The position numbers and the translations under genes are program-made. The notes under the pieces are model-generated. The model searched no databases and was not told the origin of the DNA. It saw only the letters and a list, made by a program, of their open reading frames with translations. A stretch of 64,000 nucleotides of DNA, taken from positions 10,830-74,829 of the forward strand of contig JAYYDR010000051.1 of assembly GCA_036160735.1 (NCBI GenBank). The letters are read 5' to 3'. Source of the DNA: Thermoplasmatota archaeon (lineage in GTDB: Archaea > Thermoplasmatota > Poseidoniia > Poseidoniales > Poseidoniaceae). This document shows, piece by piece, positions 47,259 to 56,992 of this stretch; the first letter of the stretch is position 1; each line of letters begins with the position of its first letter.

Positions 47259-47612
47259 GTGAATTCATACCTTGCTGTGGCTATCGGTGGAGCAATAGGT
47301 GCTATTCTCAGATTTGCGATTAGCGAATGGGTAGGTACACCCCAAGCAACTTTGCTAGTAAACGCAGTTGGCTCATTGCTCCTCGGCATGTGCATGGCTG
47401 GCCTCGCTGCAGATTTGGTCTCAAAGGAGATGACTATTTTTGTCGGCACTGGGATTCTGGGAGCTTTCACTACGATGTCGACTTTTTCGGTTGAAACCAT
47501 CGAATTATGGAATGACAATCACACTACAGCAATCGGGTATGTTACAATTACAATGCTGCTTTGTCCAATTCTAGCATATGCTGGATGGAAAACTGTAGAG
47601 ACTATTGCTTGA
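47259..47612 (+). CDS. crcB: Fluoride ion channel CrcB/FluC.
   Basis: 117 aa, 4 TM. GGAIGAILRF and GTGILGAFTTMSTF motifs. Confidence 0.8.
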   Translation: MNSYLAVAIGGAIGAILRFAISEWVGTPQATLLVNAVGSLLLGMCMAGLAADLVSKEMTIFVGTGILGAFTTMSTFSVETIELWNDNHTTAIGYVTITMLLCPILAYAGWKTVETIA

Positions 47613-48732
47613 TTGACAACATTCTTTCAAGCGCTATTTTTGCACCTTCTTGAACTTCAGGTGCAACAATGACTTGGTTTGGGACCTCACCGGCCTCTAG
47701 TCGCTCTAGAACATCCATCAGGTATGCTGGATGAATCATGTACATAGTGGAACAAGGGCAGACAGTCGGTTCTAGGCACTGGATATTCAAATCCTCATGC
47801 TGAGCGTCCAGTCTAGCAACCATGTTGATTTCAGTTCCTACAGCGATATGTGTGCCTGGTTCTTGCTGTGCAACGAATCTACGAATAAATTCAGTGCTAC
47901 CGTTAGCATCGGCTGCTTGAACAACTTCCATAGGACATTCTGGGTGGACAACAACCACGCCATCAGGATGTTCTTCTCTAAATGCCTCAATTTGTGGGAC
48001 GGTGAATCTTTTGTGCACTGAACAGAATCCATGCCAAAGAACTATTTTCACATCTTCTGGAAGTTCGTTTTCTTCTCCAGGGGTCCAAACAGCCATCCTT
48101 TCTAGGGGAATTCCCATCGACAAACCTGTATTTCTTCCGAGGTGCTGGTCGGGGAAGAACAAGACTGCGCCCTTCGGACCTGCTCTCTCATAGGCCCATT
48201 CTAAGATCCCAGTAGCGTTTGAAGAAGTGCAAACTATTCCGCCGTGGCGCCCACAGAAATCTTTCAATTCTGCAGCGCTATTCATGTAAGTTACAGGAAT
48301 TAAACACGACTCTCCTTCTTTTGCTGTTGCAGGGTCCTTCAGTCCAGACTTTGCTAGAATCTCATCCCACGCAATTTCCACTTCGTGAAGTGCGGCCATA
48401 TCAGCCATTGAGCAACCTGCCCGCATGTTGGGAAGGATTACTCGCTGTTCGTCAGAGGTTAGAATGTCAGCTGATTCAGCCATGAAGTGAACTCCGCAGA
48501 AAACGATGTTTTTTGCACTGGATTTGGCTGCTAACTCGGAGAGGAGAAATGAATCTCCAAGCAGATCTGCGTGCATTACTATCTGGTCACGTTGATAGTG
48601 GTGACCAAGTATCAACAGGTCGTCGCCCAGCGACTCTTTTAATTCAGCAATCCTATCAGCGATTGCTGCTTCTTCAGGACCCATCGCATCATTTGTGAAG
48701 TCGATGGCACACATCGGCAGTGACACTGTCAT
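47602..48732 (-). CDS. nadA: Quinolinate synthase NadA.
   Basis: ILGHHYQ, VFCGVHFMAES and three conserved Cys regions (CSMADM, HPECP, CSTM). Confidence 0.8.
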   Translation of the reverse strand: MTVSLPMCAIDFTNDAMGPEEAAIADRIAELKESLGDDLLILGHHYQRDQIVMHADLLGDSFLLSELAAKSSAKNIVFCGVHFMAESADILTSDEQRVILPNMRAGCSMADMAALHEVEIAWDEILAKSGLKDPATAKEGESCLIPVTYMNSAAELKDFCGRHGGIVCTSSNATGILEWAYERAGPKGAVLFFPDQHLGRNTGLSMGIPLERMAVWTPGEENELPEDVKIVLWHGFCSVHKRFTVPQIEAFREEHPDGVVVVHPECPMEVVQAADANGSTEFIRRFVAQQEPGTHIAVGTEINMVARLDAQHEDLNIQCLEPTVCPCSTMYMIHPAYLMDVLERLEAGEVPNQVIVAPEVQEGAKIALERMLSIKQ

Positions 48733-48795
48733 CCTCTAGCCTCATTACTCCCTACAGGCACTCCTTTTTGAACCATACACTTCTTCGGATAAACA

Positions 48796-49473
48796 ATGCA
48801 AGCGTGGTCAGAGGGGGAGAGGCTCCACCTTGGTGCAGAGGCAGAGGTTATTTCTGGAACTTGGCACGGCAGGCCTGCTGTTCTAAAAAAGCGCAGACCA
48901 CGCGGCTGGAGACATCCAGATTTGGATGCAAGTCTAACAAGAAAAAGGATGACTAATGAAATCAAATTGACAATTTGGTTAGCACGTAGAGGCGCACCTG
49001 TTCCTGCGATTTGGGACGTTGATATCGAAGAATCAAAAATCATCATGGAGAGAATCGAAGGGAAGCCTTTAATCGAAGTTCTGAGAAATAATGAGCATGA
49101 TGAAGAGTTGCTCATCAATGTTGGAAAAGCGATTAGAGAATTGCATCGCAATGCAGTAAATCACGGCGATTTGTCAACCAACAACATTCTAATCGACAAA
49201 AATCGCAATCCCGTATTGATTGACCTTGGATTATCATCTCGAGAATATGATCTAGAGGGATTCGGAATTGACCTCCACGTTTTACATGAAATTCTAAGAG
49301 CTAGTCATCCTGATGTCAAAGGAGCGATGGACTTAGTTCTCAAGGGATATCAAGAATTGGACGAGGAGTTAGGTGAGCCTCAACCCGCTCCCGGAGGAAT
49401 GCCGCCTGAAGCCAAAGATGTGTTGAAAAGGTTGGAGCAAATCATGATGCGAGTTCGCTATCATGGTGGTTGA
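48796..49473 (+). CDS. Bud32/Kae1-associated RIO-type protein kinase.
   Basis: AEAEV...LKKRRPRGWRHPDLD, catalytic HGDLSTNNILI and DLGLS motifs. 225 aa. Confidence 0.8.
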   Translation: MQAWSEGERLHLGAEAEVISGTWHGRPAVLKKRRPRGWRHPDLDASLTRKRMTNEIKLTIWLARRGAPVPAIWDVDIEESKIIMERIEGKPLIEVLRNNEHDEELLINVGKAIRELHRNAVNHGDLSTNNILIDKNRNPVLIDLGLSSREYDLEGFGIDLHVLHEILRASHPDVKGAMDLVLKGYQELDEELGEPQPAPGGMPPEAKDVLKRLEQIMMRVRYHGG

Positions 49474-51523
49474 AATTTGACTCTTTTTGCCTCTGCATGA
49501 TATTGATGAATGAGAGTGCAATAACTAGCATAACTCCAAATTTCAGTATGTTTGAAGAATAGGGTTGTAGAGTTGGCTCCTTTTGTTGAACTTCAACACT
49601 AACGTCTCCATCACTATCCATTTGCTGATAGACGTAGTGTTCCTCCAAAACCACCGGAGCCCATTGGTCTAGGCCATCTGCGGTGAGTGGTTTTGTCAAG
49701 TTTGTTTCCAAGTCATGAATGTAAATCTCTCTATCAGCATACTCTTCAGCCGCTTGGAGGGGATTTATTTCGGTATATGCTGAGAACATCAAAACACCAT
49801 ATCCAATGTGAGGATCATATGCTGCAAACTTGTGGTCTGAAATGATTTGACTATCCCCACTGATTGTGTTTAGCAAAACAAGCCTGGAGGTTGCATTAAC
49901 ATCAACTGTAGCTGCTAACATTGTTTTTGACAATGAGATGTCTGTTATTGTTGCATTCTCAACATCAACATTCAATTCAGCATCTCTCAAGATTTCATCC
50001 TCATTAGGGTCTGCAGTGGCATTTACTTCGATAGAAATTAGACCTTCTGCGTCAACAATTCCCAAGTTAACAACTGAGGGGGCGCTCTCAAACACAAGCG
50101 CGATTTGGCCGTCGAACGATTCGAATAGGATCACTGAATCGCCATGTTCAGCATTAGGGCCAACCTTTTCCATTCCATCAAATGACCAGTAAGATACTTC
50201 ACCGTTTTCTAGTACTGCAACGCAATCATCTGTCACTATTTCGACATCTTTCGGATTGTTAACATCGATTGTTGTTTTTGCTACGTTTGGATTTGCAAGA
50301 TCTACAATCATCAAAGTCGTAGCATTAGCCATCGCAAGCATATCACCTCTAACGTCGTATGTTGAATTAGAATCCAGAATTGGTTGAATTACATCTATTT
50401 CTGAATCTAAATCAGACAAGTCATGAACGATTACAAGAGCTGATTCTTCTCTTTCATCGAGAGTAATCAACCAACCGTCTGCTGCTTCGACACCAACTGG
50501 TGCATCTACACCACCAGCCGGAATCGATTGGTGAGTCAAGTCCCAGGTGATTACACCAGCAACAACAATAATCACAACTGCGAGCATCGCACCTGTCTCT
50601 TTACTGGTTGGCTTTGTAAATCGGTTAATCTGCTTTGAAGCACTTGACTTGATTACATTCATCGCACGTTTTGGGTTTGTCAGTAAAGTGACTAAGCGTG
50701 CGTTAATCGTTCTCTCATCGAAGATTCTCCAAAACGGATCTGCCATTTTATTCGCAATACTTACGGCGATAGCAGCAACAACCATTCCTCCAATGATATC
50801 CATGAACCAGTGGATTCCCAAGTATAGGATGCAGAATGCGGTTAGGAGGACGAATGCAAAAATGATTCTTCGATATACTGTCCATCTACCGTCAGTATCG
50901 AACCTGAGAAGACATAGCCAAACGGCGAACGGGAACCCAATGTGAAGACTTGGCATGCCGTTTGTTAGAGGGTCTATTCTGTGGAACCAATCATTGATTT
51001 CCGGAGTATGATTGTATGCAAGTGTCTCCATTCCTGGGATGTAATTCCCAGTAACGTGAACGTTGAAAAATAGATAAAATGGGATTGCTATGATGTAAAC
51101 CCAGAAGATGGTCAAGCTGATTCTGTCAGCCATGTATCTGTCATCGAAGTATGCGAAGTAGAATATTGAAACATAACAGATGACCATGAATCCTACAACA
51201 TAGAAGTGAGTCATGAAAGCGGTCAACCAATCAGCCTTGAAGGTCTCTTGAACCCACAATGCCATCTCTCCCTCAATTGCATAAATCCAAGGAGTCATAT
51301 TCAGCATTCCATCGGTGTTTGCCATCAAGATTCTGTCAACCTCGTCAAGGAAATCCTTGGCGTTGTAAATGGTCAAAACTATTGCAATGTGTAGCCAATA
51401 TCTTCGTAAGAAATCAATGAATCCATCCATTGTGACCTTCGCCCAAGGTGGTTTGATGAAGGGCATTAGTATGACACCAATCGCCAATGCGGAAATCAAC
51501 CAAGTAAGATATACACCATCCAT
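49442..51523 (-). CDS. PAP2-superfamily membrane phosphatase domain fused to a large (~400 aa) extracytoplasmic domain.
   Basis: PAP2 motifs PSLHIGFPF (PSGH-like) and HWFMDIIGG (SRxxxxxHxxxD-like) in a 6-TM N-terminal half. C-terminal half is hydrophilic and beta-rich. Confidence 0.55.
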   Translation of the reverse strand: MDGVYLTWLISALAIGVILMPFIKPPWAKVTMDGFIDFLRRYWLHIAIVLTIYNAKDFLDEVDRILMANTDGMLNMTPWIYAIEGEMALWVQETFKADWLTAFMTHFYVVGFMVICYVSIFYFAYFDDRYMADRISLTIFWVYIIAIPFYLFFNVHVTGNYIPGMETLAYNHTPEINDWFHRIDPLTNGMPSLHIGFPFAVWLCLLRFDTDGRWTVYRRIIFAFVLLTAFCILYLGIHWFMDIIGGMVVAAIAVSIANKMADPFWRIFDERTINARLVTLLTNPKRAMNVIKSSASKQINRFTKPTSKETGAMLAVVIIVVAGVITWDLTHQSIPAGGVDAPVGVEAADGWLITLDEREESALVIVHDLSDLDSEIDVIQPILDSNSTYDVRGDMLAMANATTLMIVDLANPNVAKTTIDVNNPKDVEIVTDDCVAVLENGEVSYWSFDGMEKVGPNAEHGDSVILFESFDGQIALVFESAPSVVNLGIVDAEGLISIEVNATADPNEDEILRDAELNVDVENATITDISLSKTMLAATVDVNATSRLVLLNTISGDSQIISDHKFAAYDPHIGYGVLMFSAYTEINPLQAAEEYADREIYIHDLETNLTKPLTADGLDQWAPVVLEEHYVYQQMDSDGDVSVEVQQKEPTLQPYSSNILKFGVMLVIALSFINIMQRQKESNFNHHDSELAS

Positions 51524-51602
51524 TGGATTGACCTCCTAGTTTGTTCCTGAGGTAATGGCATACAAGTGCCTTACTACGACAAATGATACCTGAAAAGGTG
51601 TT

Positions 51603-51950
51603 TCACCACGCACCGTGGACGTACGCTTTTCCATTGTCTGGGTCTTGCTTTTCTCCTAGTCTCCAAATTCTTTCGAAGCGGTGAATACCGGATGAGCAAC
51701 CATTTGTCCATTCAAATGCTAGTGCGTAATTTCCTACTGGCCTTACAGTTGGCTTTTCTTTGGGCAATCTTTCTACGGTTCTGCGCAGGACTTTAGAGGA
51801 TTCATCGTCATTCCTCTGCGGTGCACACTTTGCACACGGGCATGCATGTCTCAAGTCATCGTAAGTTATCTCATGCTCTGTTCCATCAGACCATGTGAGA
51901 TGCATGTCAACATCTCTTCTTTCCAAGCGCTTTAGTTCTGGTAAGTCCAC
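51603..51950 (-). CDS. DUF971-family small protein (Cys-containing) immediately downstream of Mrp/ApbC.
   Basis: HACPCAKC motif. 115 aa. Conserved genomic pairing with the Fe-S carrier ATPase. Confidence 0.5.
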   Translation of the reverse strand: MDLPELKRLERRDVDMHLTWSDGTEHEITYDDLRHACPCAKCAPQRNDDESSKVLRRTVERLPKEKPTVRPVGNYALAFEWTNGCSSGIHRFERIWRLGEKQDPDNGKAYVHGAW

Positions 51951-51959
51951 TAAATCACC

Positions 51960-52964
51960 TCAGATGATTTCTAGGCCACTATCTGTAGAGCCCGATTCCA
52001 CTCTAGATTGTATTTCGGAAACAACATTCGCAAACGCTTGCGATGATGCACCCTCAGGCTCTGAAACGATTCGGTGAACTCCGTCATCTCCACCACGTAC
52101 AAAGCCGGGGTCAAACGGTAGTTTTCCAAGGAATGGAACTCCGAATTCTTCAGCGGTTTTCTCGCCACCTCCTGACTTGAAGATATCAAGAGTACCTGAC
52201 CAGTGGCCGTCATCGTCGGCTGTGACTCGAATCGTCTTTCCTCCCGGTGCAGCGAGTTCTATTTCAGTTCCCGAAGGCGCCTTGCCTCTAACCGTATAAC
52301 CGCTCATGTTCTCAATTACACCAATGACATCTACCTTCAATGAGTTAGCGAAAGTAATCGATTTGCGAGAATCGAGAAGAGCTACGTCTTGAGGAGTGGT
52401 TACAATGACCATTCCATCGATGTCTGGTAAATTTTGAGCGACGGTTAGCGGCTCATCCGATGTACCTGGTGGGAAGTCGATGATGAGGTAGTCCAATTCT
52501 CCCCAATCTACGTCACCAATGAATTGCTGAATTGCGCCAAGTTTGATTGGACCTCTCCATACTACTGGAGTATCCTCATCCTCTAGCAAGAAAGCCATCG
52601 AGATTACCTTCACACCAAGGTGGCCTTGTGCCGGATGAATTCTACCGCTCTCTACGTTTAGACGGCGCCCACTTAGACCCATCATCTTAGGGACGTTAGG
52701 CCCTGTGATGTCGATATCTAATAGCCCAACCTTCAGACCTTGTTGAGCGAGTGATAGAGCAAGTCCGGTTGCAACGGTTGATTTACCGACGCCACCCTTT
52801 CCTGAGAGTACCATGATCTTGTGCTTGATTGCCTTACCCATCTCTGAAATCGCCATCTTGCGCTTCATCTGATTGTATGCTGCCTCCATCTTCTTTTGTT
52901 CTTCAGGAGATGGTCCGGCAGGTGCGTCGCCGGGGTTGTTTACCTTAACTGGTGAATCAGCCAT
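51960..52964 (-). CDS. apbC: Fe-S cluster carrier ATPase Mrp/ApbC/NBP35 family.
   Basis: VLSGKGGVGKSTVATGLA deviant Walker A and CGxxP-like region GCGVSCP... ParA/MinD fold. Confidence 0.85.
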   Translation of the reverse strand: MADSPVKVNNPGDAPAGPSPEEQKKMEAAYNQMKRKMAISEMGKAIKHKIMVLSGKGGVGKSTVATGLALSLAQQGLKVGLLDIDITGPNVPKMMGLSGRRLNVESGRIHPAQGHLGVKVISMAFLLEDEDTPVVWRGPIKLGAIQQFIGDVDWGELDYLIIDFPPGTSDEPLTVAQNLPDIDGMVIVTTPQDVALLDSRKSITFANSLKVDVIGVIENMSGYTVRGKAPSGTEIELAAPGGKTIRVTADDDGHWSGTLDIFKSGGGEKTAEEFGVPFLGKLPFDPGFVRGGDDGVHRIVSEPEGASSQAFANVVSEIQSRVESGSTDSGLEII

Positions 52965-53295
52965 TAGTTTCCTCGGCGGGCCTGTTGTACTTCAACCCTT
53001 TTTCAGTACCATACTGAATGATTAATACAGCGATAACCCAAATCAGAATCGTCCAAGACAACTGCATACCTGCATATGCCCAACCTAGACCTATACCTAG
53101 TGCGACTACCGGATATCGAGCGTGAGTGCAGTTTCCACCAATCCGATGCAGAATCAGACCGGCGAACAAAGTCTGAATTGTTATCATGGCTGCGATTAAT
53201 CTGAAAATCAAGTCAAAGTCATTTGCTGCGGCGATGATATGAGCTACAAACAGGGTCACAAAAACGCCAGTGTAGGTCAAAATCGGCTTCCACAT
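52957..53295 (-). CDS. Hypothetical small membrane protein (3-4 TM).
   Basis: Hydrophobicity only. 8-nt overlap with the Mrp start. Confidence 0.4.
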   Translation of the reverse strand: MWKPILTYTGVFVTLFVAHIIAAANDFDLIFRLIAAMITIQTLFAGLILHRIGGNCTHARYPVVALGIGLGWAYAGMQLSWTILIWVIAVLIIQYGTEKGLKYNRPAEETNG

Positions 53296-53348
53296 CTATT
53301 GAGGCTATGTGGCATTTATTCATATGCCTCTGCTACCAGAGCATCACC

Positions 53349-53711
53349 ATGCGACTACTATTCGTGTGTGTAGGAAACTCCTGCCGCTCACAAATGGCAG
53401 AAGGTATTGCAAGAAGCCTTGGTCATGATGCCGCTAGTGCTGGAACTCATCCAGCTTCTCAAGTCAGTTCCAACGCATTGAAGATTCTTGAATCAAAGGG
53501 AATTAGCACTGAAGGATTGTATCCAAAACTTGTCGATGATATCGATTGGCAATCCTATGACATGGTAATTTCAATGGGTTGCGGAGTAAGTTGCCCAATG
53601 ATCAGAATAGACCAAGACTGGGAACTTGAAGACCCAGTTGGTCAACCCCTGGAAGTTTTCGAGGCATGCGCTGAGACAATCGAAGCAAACATCAGAAGTT
53701 TGCAATCCTAA
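53349..53711 (+). CDS. Low-molecular-weight protein-tyrosine-phosphatase / ArsC-type arsenate reductase.
   Basis: CVGNSCRS (CX5R P-loop) motif. Start at MRLLFVC. Confidence 0.75.
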   Translation: MRLLFVCVGNSCRSQMAEGIARSLGHDAASAGTHPASQVSSNALKILESKGISTEGLYPKLVDDIDWQSYDMVISMGCGVSCPMIRIDQDWELEDPVGQPLEVFEACAETIEANIRSLQS

Positions 53712-53714
53712 TCA

Positions 53715-53740
53715 GGCACCCCCGCTTTCGCAGGGGTGCC
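53715..53740. terminator. GC-rich hairpin (ggcacccc-cgctttcgca-ggggtgcc) between convergent genes: 4 nt after the LMW-PTP stop and 9 nt beyond the acidic-protein stop.
   Basis: 8-bp GC stem, read directly. Confidence 0.45.
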
Positions 53741-53748
53741 CTCAAGGT

Positions 53749-56700
53749 TCACTCTCTGCGGATTAATGCAGCACCGAGTAGACCGATTGTTGCAATGAAT
53801 CCAGTGAATCCTGGGAGCATGCTCATCATTGGGTTCTCGTCGCTGTAAGCGCCAGCTTCGCTAGAGTATAGGCGAGCGAAATTCCACTCTAGGTCCACAT
53901 CCAAAGTAGCGTTGTTTATCATTACGAAGTCACCAGTAGTCAGGGTACCACTCTCATCTGAGTCAACAAACACGATGGCTTGTGTCAGCATAGCTACCAT
54001 TGCTGCTTCCTCGGATTCAACCATTATCTCAGATAGTGCGACTGAGTATACTGTCTCTGTACACACAATATCTGACAAAGACGTTCCGTCGCACATTGCT
54101 AGCTCAACACGATAGTCGTCAATATCTGCACCAAATGGTAGCACACCGAACACCATATACATCTTCATGTCTTCAGCGTCTCCATCTTCCATGTCTTCCA
54201 TTTCGCTCATGAATGTCATGAATTCATCAAAATCAAGACCGCCTGAATCGTCATCATCGTAATTATCCATCATTCCAGCAAACATGTCGAATTCGTCCTC
54301 AGACATTGGCTCGTCAGTTGAATTAGAGAAATCGAACCATTCGCTGGCAGTGACTTCACCGTCACCGTTTGTATCGAGCATGTTGAACATCATCTCTGGA
54401 TCCATGTCGCCATCATCATCTCCCATGTTATCCATATTGTCCATCATGTTGACGAACTCAGAGAAGTTTAGGCCGCTAGAGTTGTCTTCATCGAACATCT
54501 CAATCATCATCGAAAGTCCATTCCAGTCTTCCTCGGTAATTCCTTCCCCTGACTGGTTCATCATGTCAGCCCATTCACTGGCAGTCACTTCTCCGTCTTC
54601 ATTCGCATCGAACATGTCGAACATCATCTGTGGGTCAAAATCATCATCATCTGATTCAACTGAAATTATCAAACCGCTTTGAGTTGCTTCATCGTATTGA
54701 TACATGATTAGCGTCTCTCCCCAGCCACTTACGATTAGGAAAGCGCTTCCATCTGCATCGGTAATGTTTCCAATCCATTCCGTACACATGCTGGTGTTGT
54801 TGTCATAATCTCCGTCACAATCCATGTAGTTGTTCTCGTGGGTGGTTTCCCACAACATTGTGGTGTTCGCATCATAGTAAATCTCACCTTGTTCACATAC
54901 GGTCTCGTTCCCTTGCATCCAACATTCTTCCCAAATTAGGTTGGTTGGCATGGTAAATGTGGAGTTGTCAAACTCGTACATATCGTAGGATAAATTGGTG
55001 CTGATGATTTCCATTCCACATATCGAGTAATCCAAACTTGAATTGTCGAAGATTGAGAATCCTGCGGAATTCTGTGCAACGAATGGCGTACAGGAGTAGA
55101 AAGGTTCTGGTTCTTGTGGGTAATCGTACCAGCACCTCCAAGTGCCATTAGATTCCAATTCGCAGTTTTCCCACCCGTCGGCTCCTTCAGGTGTGACGCA
55201 TTCATAGAAATCAGTTTCATTATCGTAATTGCAGTTGTCGTAGTAGTAGTACTCTACGTCTTCATTGTCTTCATCTGCGTAACCTACAAAGCACATCCAA
55301 GAGCCATTGGACTCTAGAGAGCAGTCTTCGTAATTGTAGCCGTGACTCTCTTCATAGTCGCCGTCGCCGTCGTGATCCCACTCGTCCATCCAGCATTCGT
55401 AATAATTGCCTTCATCGGTACAGTTGTCGTAGTAGTGGAACACTTCTTCTCCAGGCCCATCACCGGACTCATCTGAACCGTCTTCACAATCTGGATACCC
55501 GTCATTTACCCAATCCGATGGGATTGTTTCTCCGTTATCACACACGAAGTCGTCATCTGAACCGCCATCATCTCCACCATCGTATCCGTTGGTGTATCTG
55601 TCGTTGTCAGCTGAGTTTGCATAATCAGAGGACTGTCCATAGTCATCCGTACAATACCAGTCGCCTTCGTGAAGTTCACAGTAGTACCACCAGTTTTCCC
55701 AATCTGAATCGGATTGGTCTTCTTTGCAAGACCATCGAACATCGTCGTCTGGGTTTCCTTCCCACTCGCAATAACCACCCATGTATGGGTACCAAGATGT
55801 GTCATCTCCAGAGTCTCCATCTCCAGAATCTGACATGTCGAACAGAACGTATGGTAGCGCAGAAAGTGCGATCGTGTTATCGGTTGAGGTATCACCAGAT
55901 TCAATCATCATGAATTCTACCCAGTTATCCTCTTCTTCTGCGTCTTCCATCGTGAATCCAAGAACCTTGAAGGTCGAGTCAGTATGGATTTCTAAGTAAC
56001 TGAAAGGCGCATCATCAATGTTTAGAGAACCACTGAAAGTGAATCCTGTTTCATCGGGTGCAAATCCAGTGATTGTTGCGGATAGAGGATTGAAGTACTG
56101 TGTGTAGTCATTAACATCAACCTCGCCAAAGTCTGCCATTTCTTGCATGTCTTCCATGTCATCGCTAGGACCGCTGCTTGCAGGGACCCACATGTATCCA
56201 TCACCCTCACAGGTCATTTGGTCATAATATTCGAAAAGAACCATGTGAGTGCTCATATCGTAGCAGACCATATCATCGTCACCGCTACCCATGTCATCGT
56301 CATAACTTCCCATATCATCGTCATCATCATCAGACATCATCATCTCCATAGCATCCTCAAAAGTTTCTGCATGTTTCATTCTAACGGTGAAATCTTCAGT
56401 TGAGTTCTTGATGTGGAATTGAACTTCATTGCCTGAGATAATAATCTCAGAGGATTCTGTTTCTCCATCAATAGTATGTTCCATCGTAGACTTGAATCCT
56501 GTTGGAGTGATTACTGTGGTTTCCATGTAGTGAATGGATACTTCAACAACATCAGGACATCCATTGTATGGTTGATTCTCATCTACCTGGTCTGGATTCC
56601 AATATTCCCACTCGTAGCAAGATTCCATGTCAACGTAAACTTCTGACATTTCCATTGAGTAACCAACTGTTGTGTCAAGTGTTTCCATGTCTGGTCCATC

Positions 56701-56937
56701 CTCAATCATGGTGATAAAGTCGACAATTGTTGCCTCGAGGGAATCCTCATGTACACACAAATCGTCACTGGCGTTGGTTACATTTGCAACGTAATTTAGG
56801 GCTGTCTCATCTCCACAGCCTACGATTTCTAATGTGTCTTCTATAAGGTCTTCAATAACCTCTTCAGCGTCTTCTGTTCCTAAACATCCTGCCAGCAGGA
56901 GCAGGGCTGTCATACATAGAGCGAGTGCTTTTTGCAT
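53749..56937 (-). CDS. Extremely acidic (Asp/Glu-rich, also Met/Tyr/Trp/Cys-rich) 1062-aa surface lipoprotein with lipobox (LLLAGC) and C-terminal PGF-CTERM archaeosortase signal. Contains two EF-hand pairs, an LDL-receptor-A-like calcium cage, Cys-rich CxLESNGxWxC repeats and a CYEWEYWN motif.
   Basis: C-terminus PGFTGFIATIGLLGAALIRRE. EF loops DANEDGEVTASE, DTNGDGEVTASE and DDDDSGGLDFDE. WVNDGYPDCEDGSDE. Runs DDDDDD. Confidence 0.8.
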   Translation of the reverse strand: MQKALALCMTALLLLAGCLGTEDAEEVIEDLIEDTLEIVGCGDETALNYVANVTNASDDLCVHEDSLEATIVDFITMIEDGPDMETLDTTVGYSMEMSEVYVDMESCYEWEYWNPDQVDENQPYNGCPDVVEVSIHYMETTVITPTGFKSTMEHTIDGETESSEIIISGNEVQFHIKNSTEDFTVRMKHAETFEDAMEMMMSDDDDDDMGSYDDDMGSGDDDMVCYDMSTHMVLFEYYDQMTCEGDGYMWVPASSGPSDDMEDMQEMADFGEVDVNDYTQYFNPLSATITGFAPDETGFTFSGSLNIDDAPFSYLEIHTDSTFKVLGFTMEDAEEEDNWVEFMMIESGDTSTDNTIALSALPYVLFDMSDSGDGDSGDDTSWYPYMGGYCEWEGNPDDDVRWSCKEDQSDSDWENWWYYCELHEGDWYCTDDYGQSSDYANSADNDRYTNGYDGGDDGGSDDDFVCDNGETIPSDWVNDGYPDCEDGSDESGDGPGEEVFHYYDNCTDEGNYYECWMDEWDHDGDGDYEESHGYNYEDCSLESNGSWMCFVGYADEDNEDVEYYYYDNCNYDNETDFYECVTPEGADGWENCELESNGTWRCWYDYPQEPEPFYSCTPFVAQNSAGFSIFDNSSLDYSICGMEIISTNLSYDMYEFDNSTFTMPTNLIWEECWMQGNETVCEQGEIYYDANTTMLWETTHENNYMDCDGDYDNNTSMCTEWIGNITDADGSAFLIVSGWGETLIMYQYDEATQSGLIISVESDDDDFDPQMMFDMFDANEDGEVTASEWADMMNQSGEGITEEDWNGLSMMIEMFDEDNSSGLNFSEFVNMMDNMDNMGDDDGDMDPEMMFNMLDTNGDGEVTASEWFDFSNSTDEPMSEDEFDMFAGMMDNYDDDDSGGLDFDEFMTFMSEMEDMEDGDAEDMKMYMVFGVLPFGADIDDYRVELAMCDGTSLSDIVCTETVYSVALSEIMVESEEAAMVAMLTQAIVFVDSDESGTLTTGDFVMINNATLDVDLEWNFARLYSSEAGAYSDENPMMSMLPGFTGFIATIGLLGAALIRRE

Positions 56938-56967
56938 GGTTGCTGCGCGTCCGAGGCGGTATTAAAG

Positions 56968-56985
56968 GGTAACACCTGCGTTACC
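56968..56985. terminator. Hairpin ggtaac-acctgc-gttacc, 8 nt beyond the BCCP stop (56993) and 31 nt upstream of the acidic-protein start (56937).
   Basis: Read directly. Confidence 0.3.
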
Positions 56986-56992
56986 AACAAAA

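Noticed and set aside
53912-56403. Numerous 60-130-aa ORFs on both strands inside the acidic PGF-CTERM gene.
   Set aside because: They derive from the repetitive GAT/GAA-rich sequence. The 1062-aa frame is the only one with coherent signal peptide, repeats and sorting signal.
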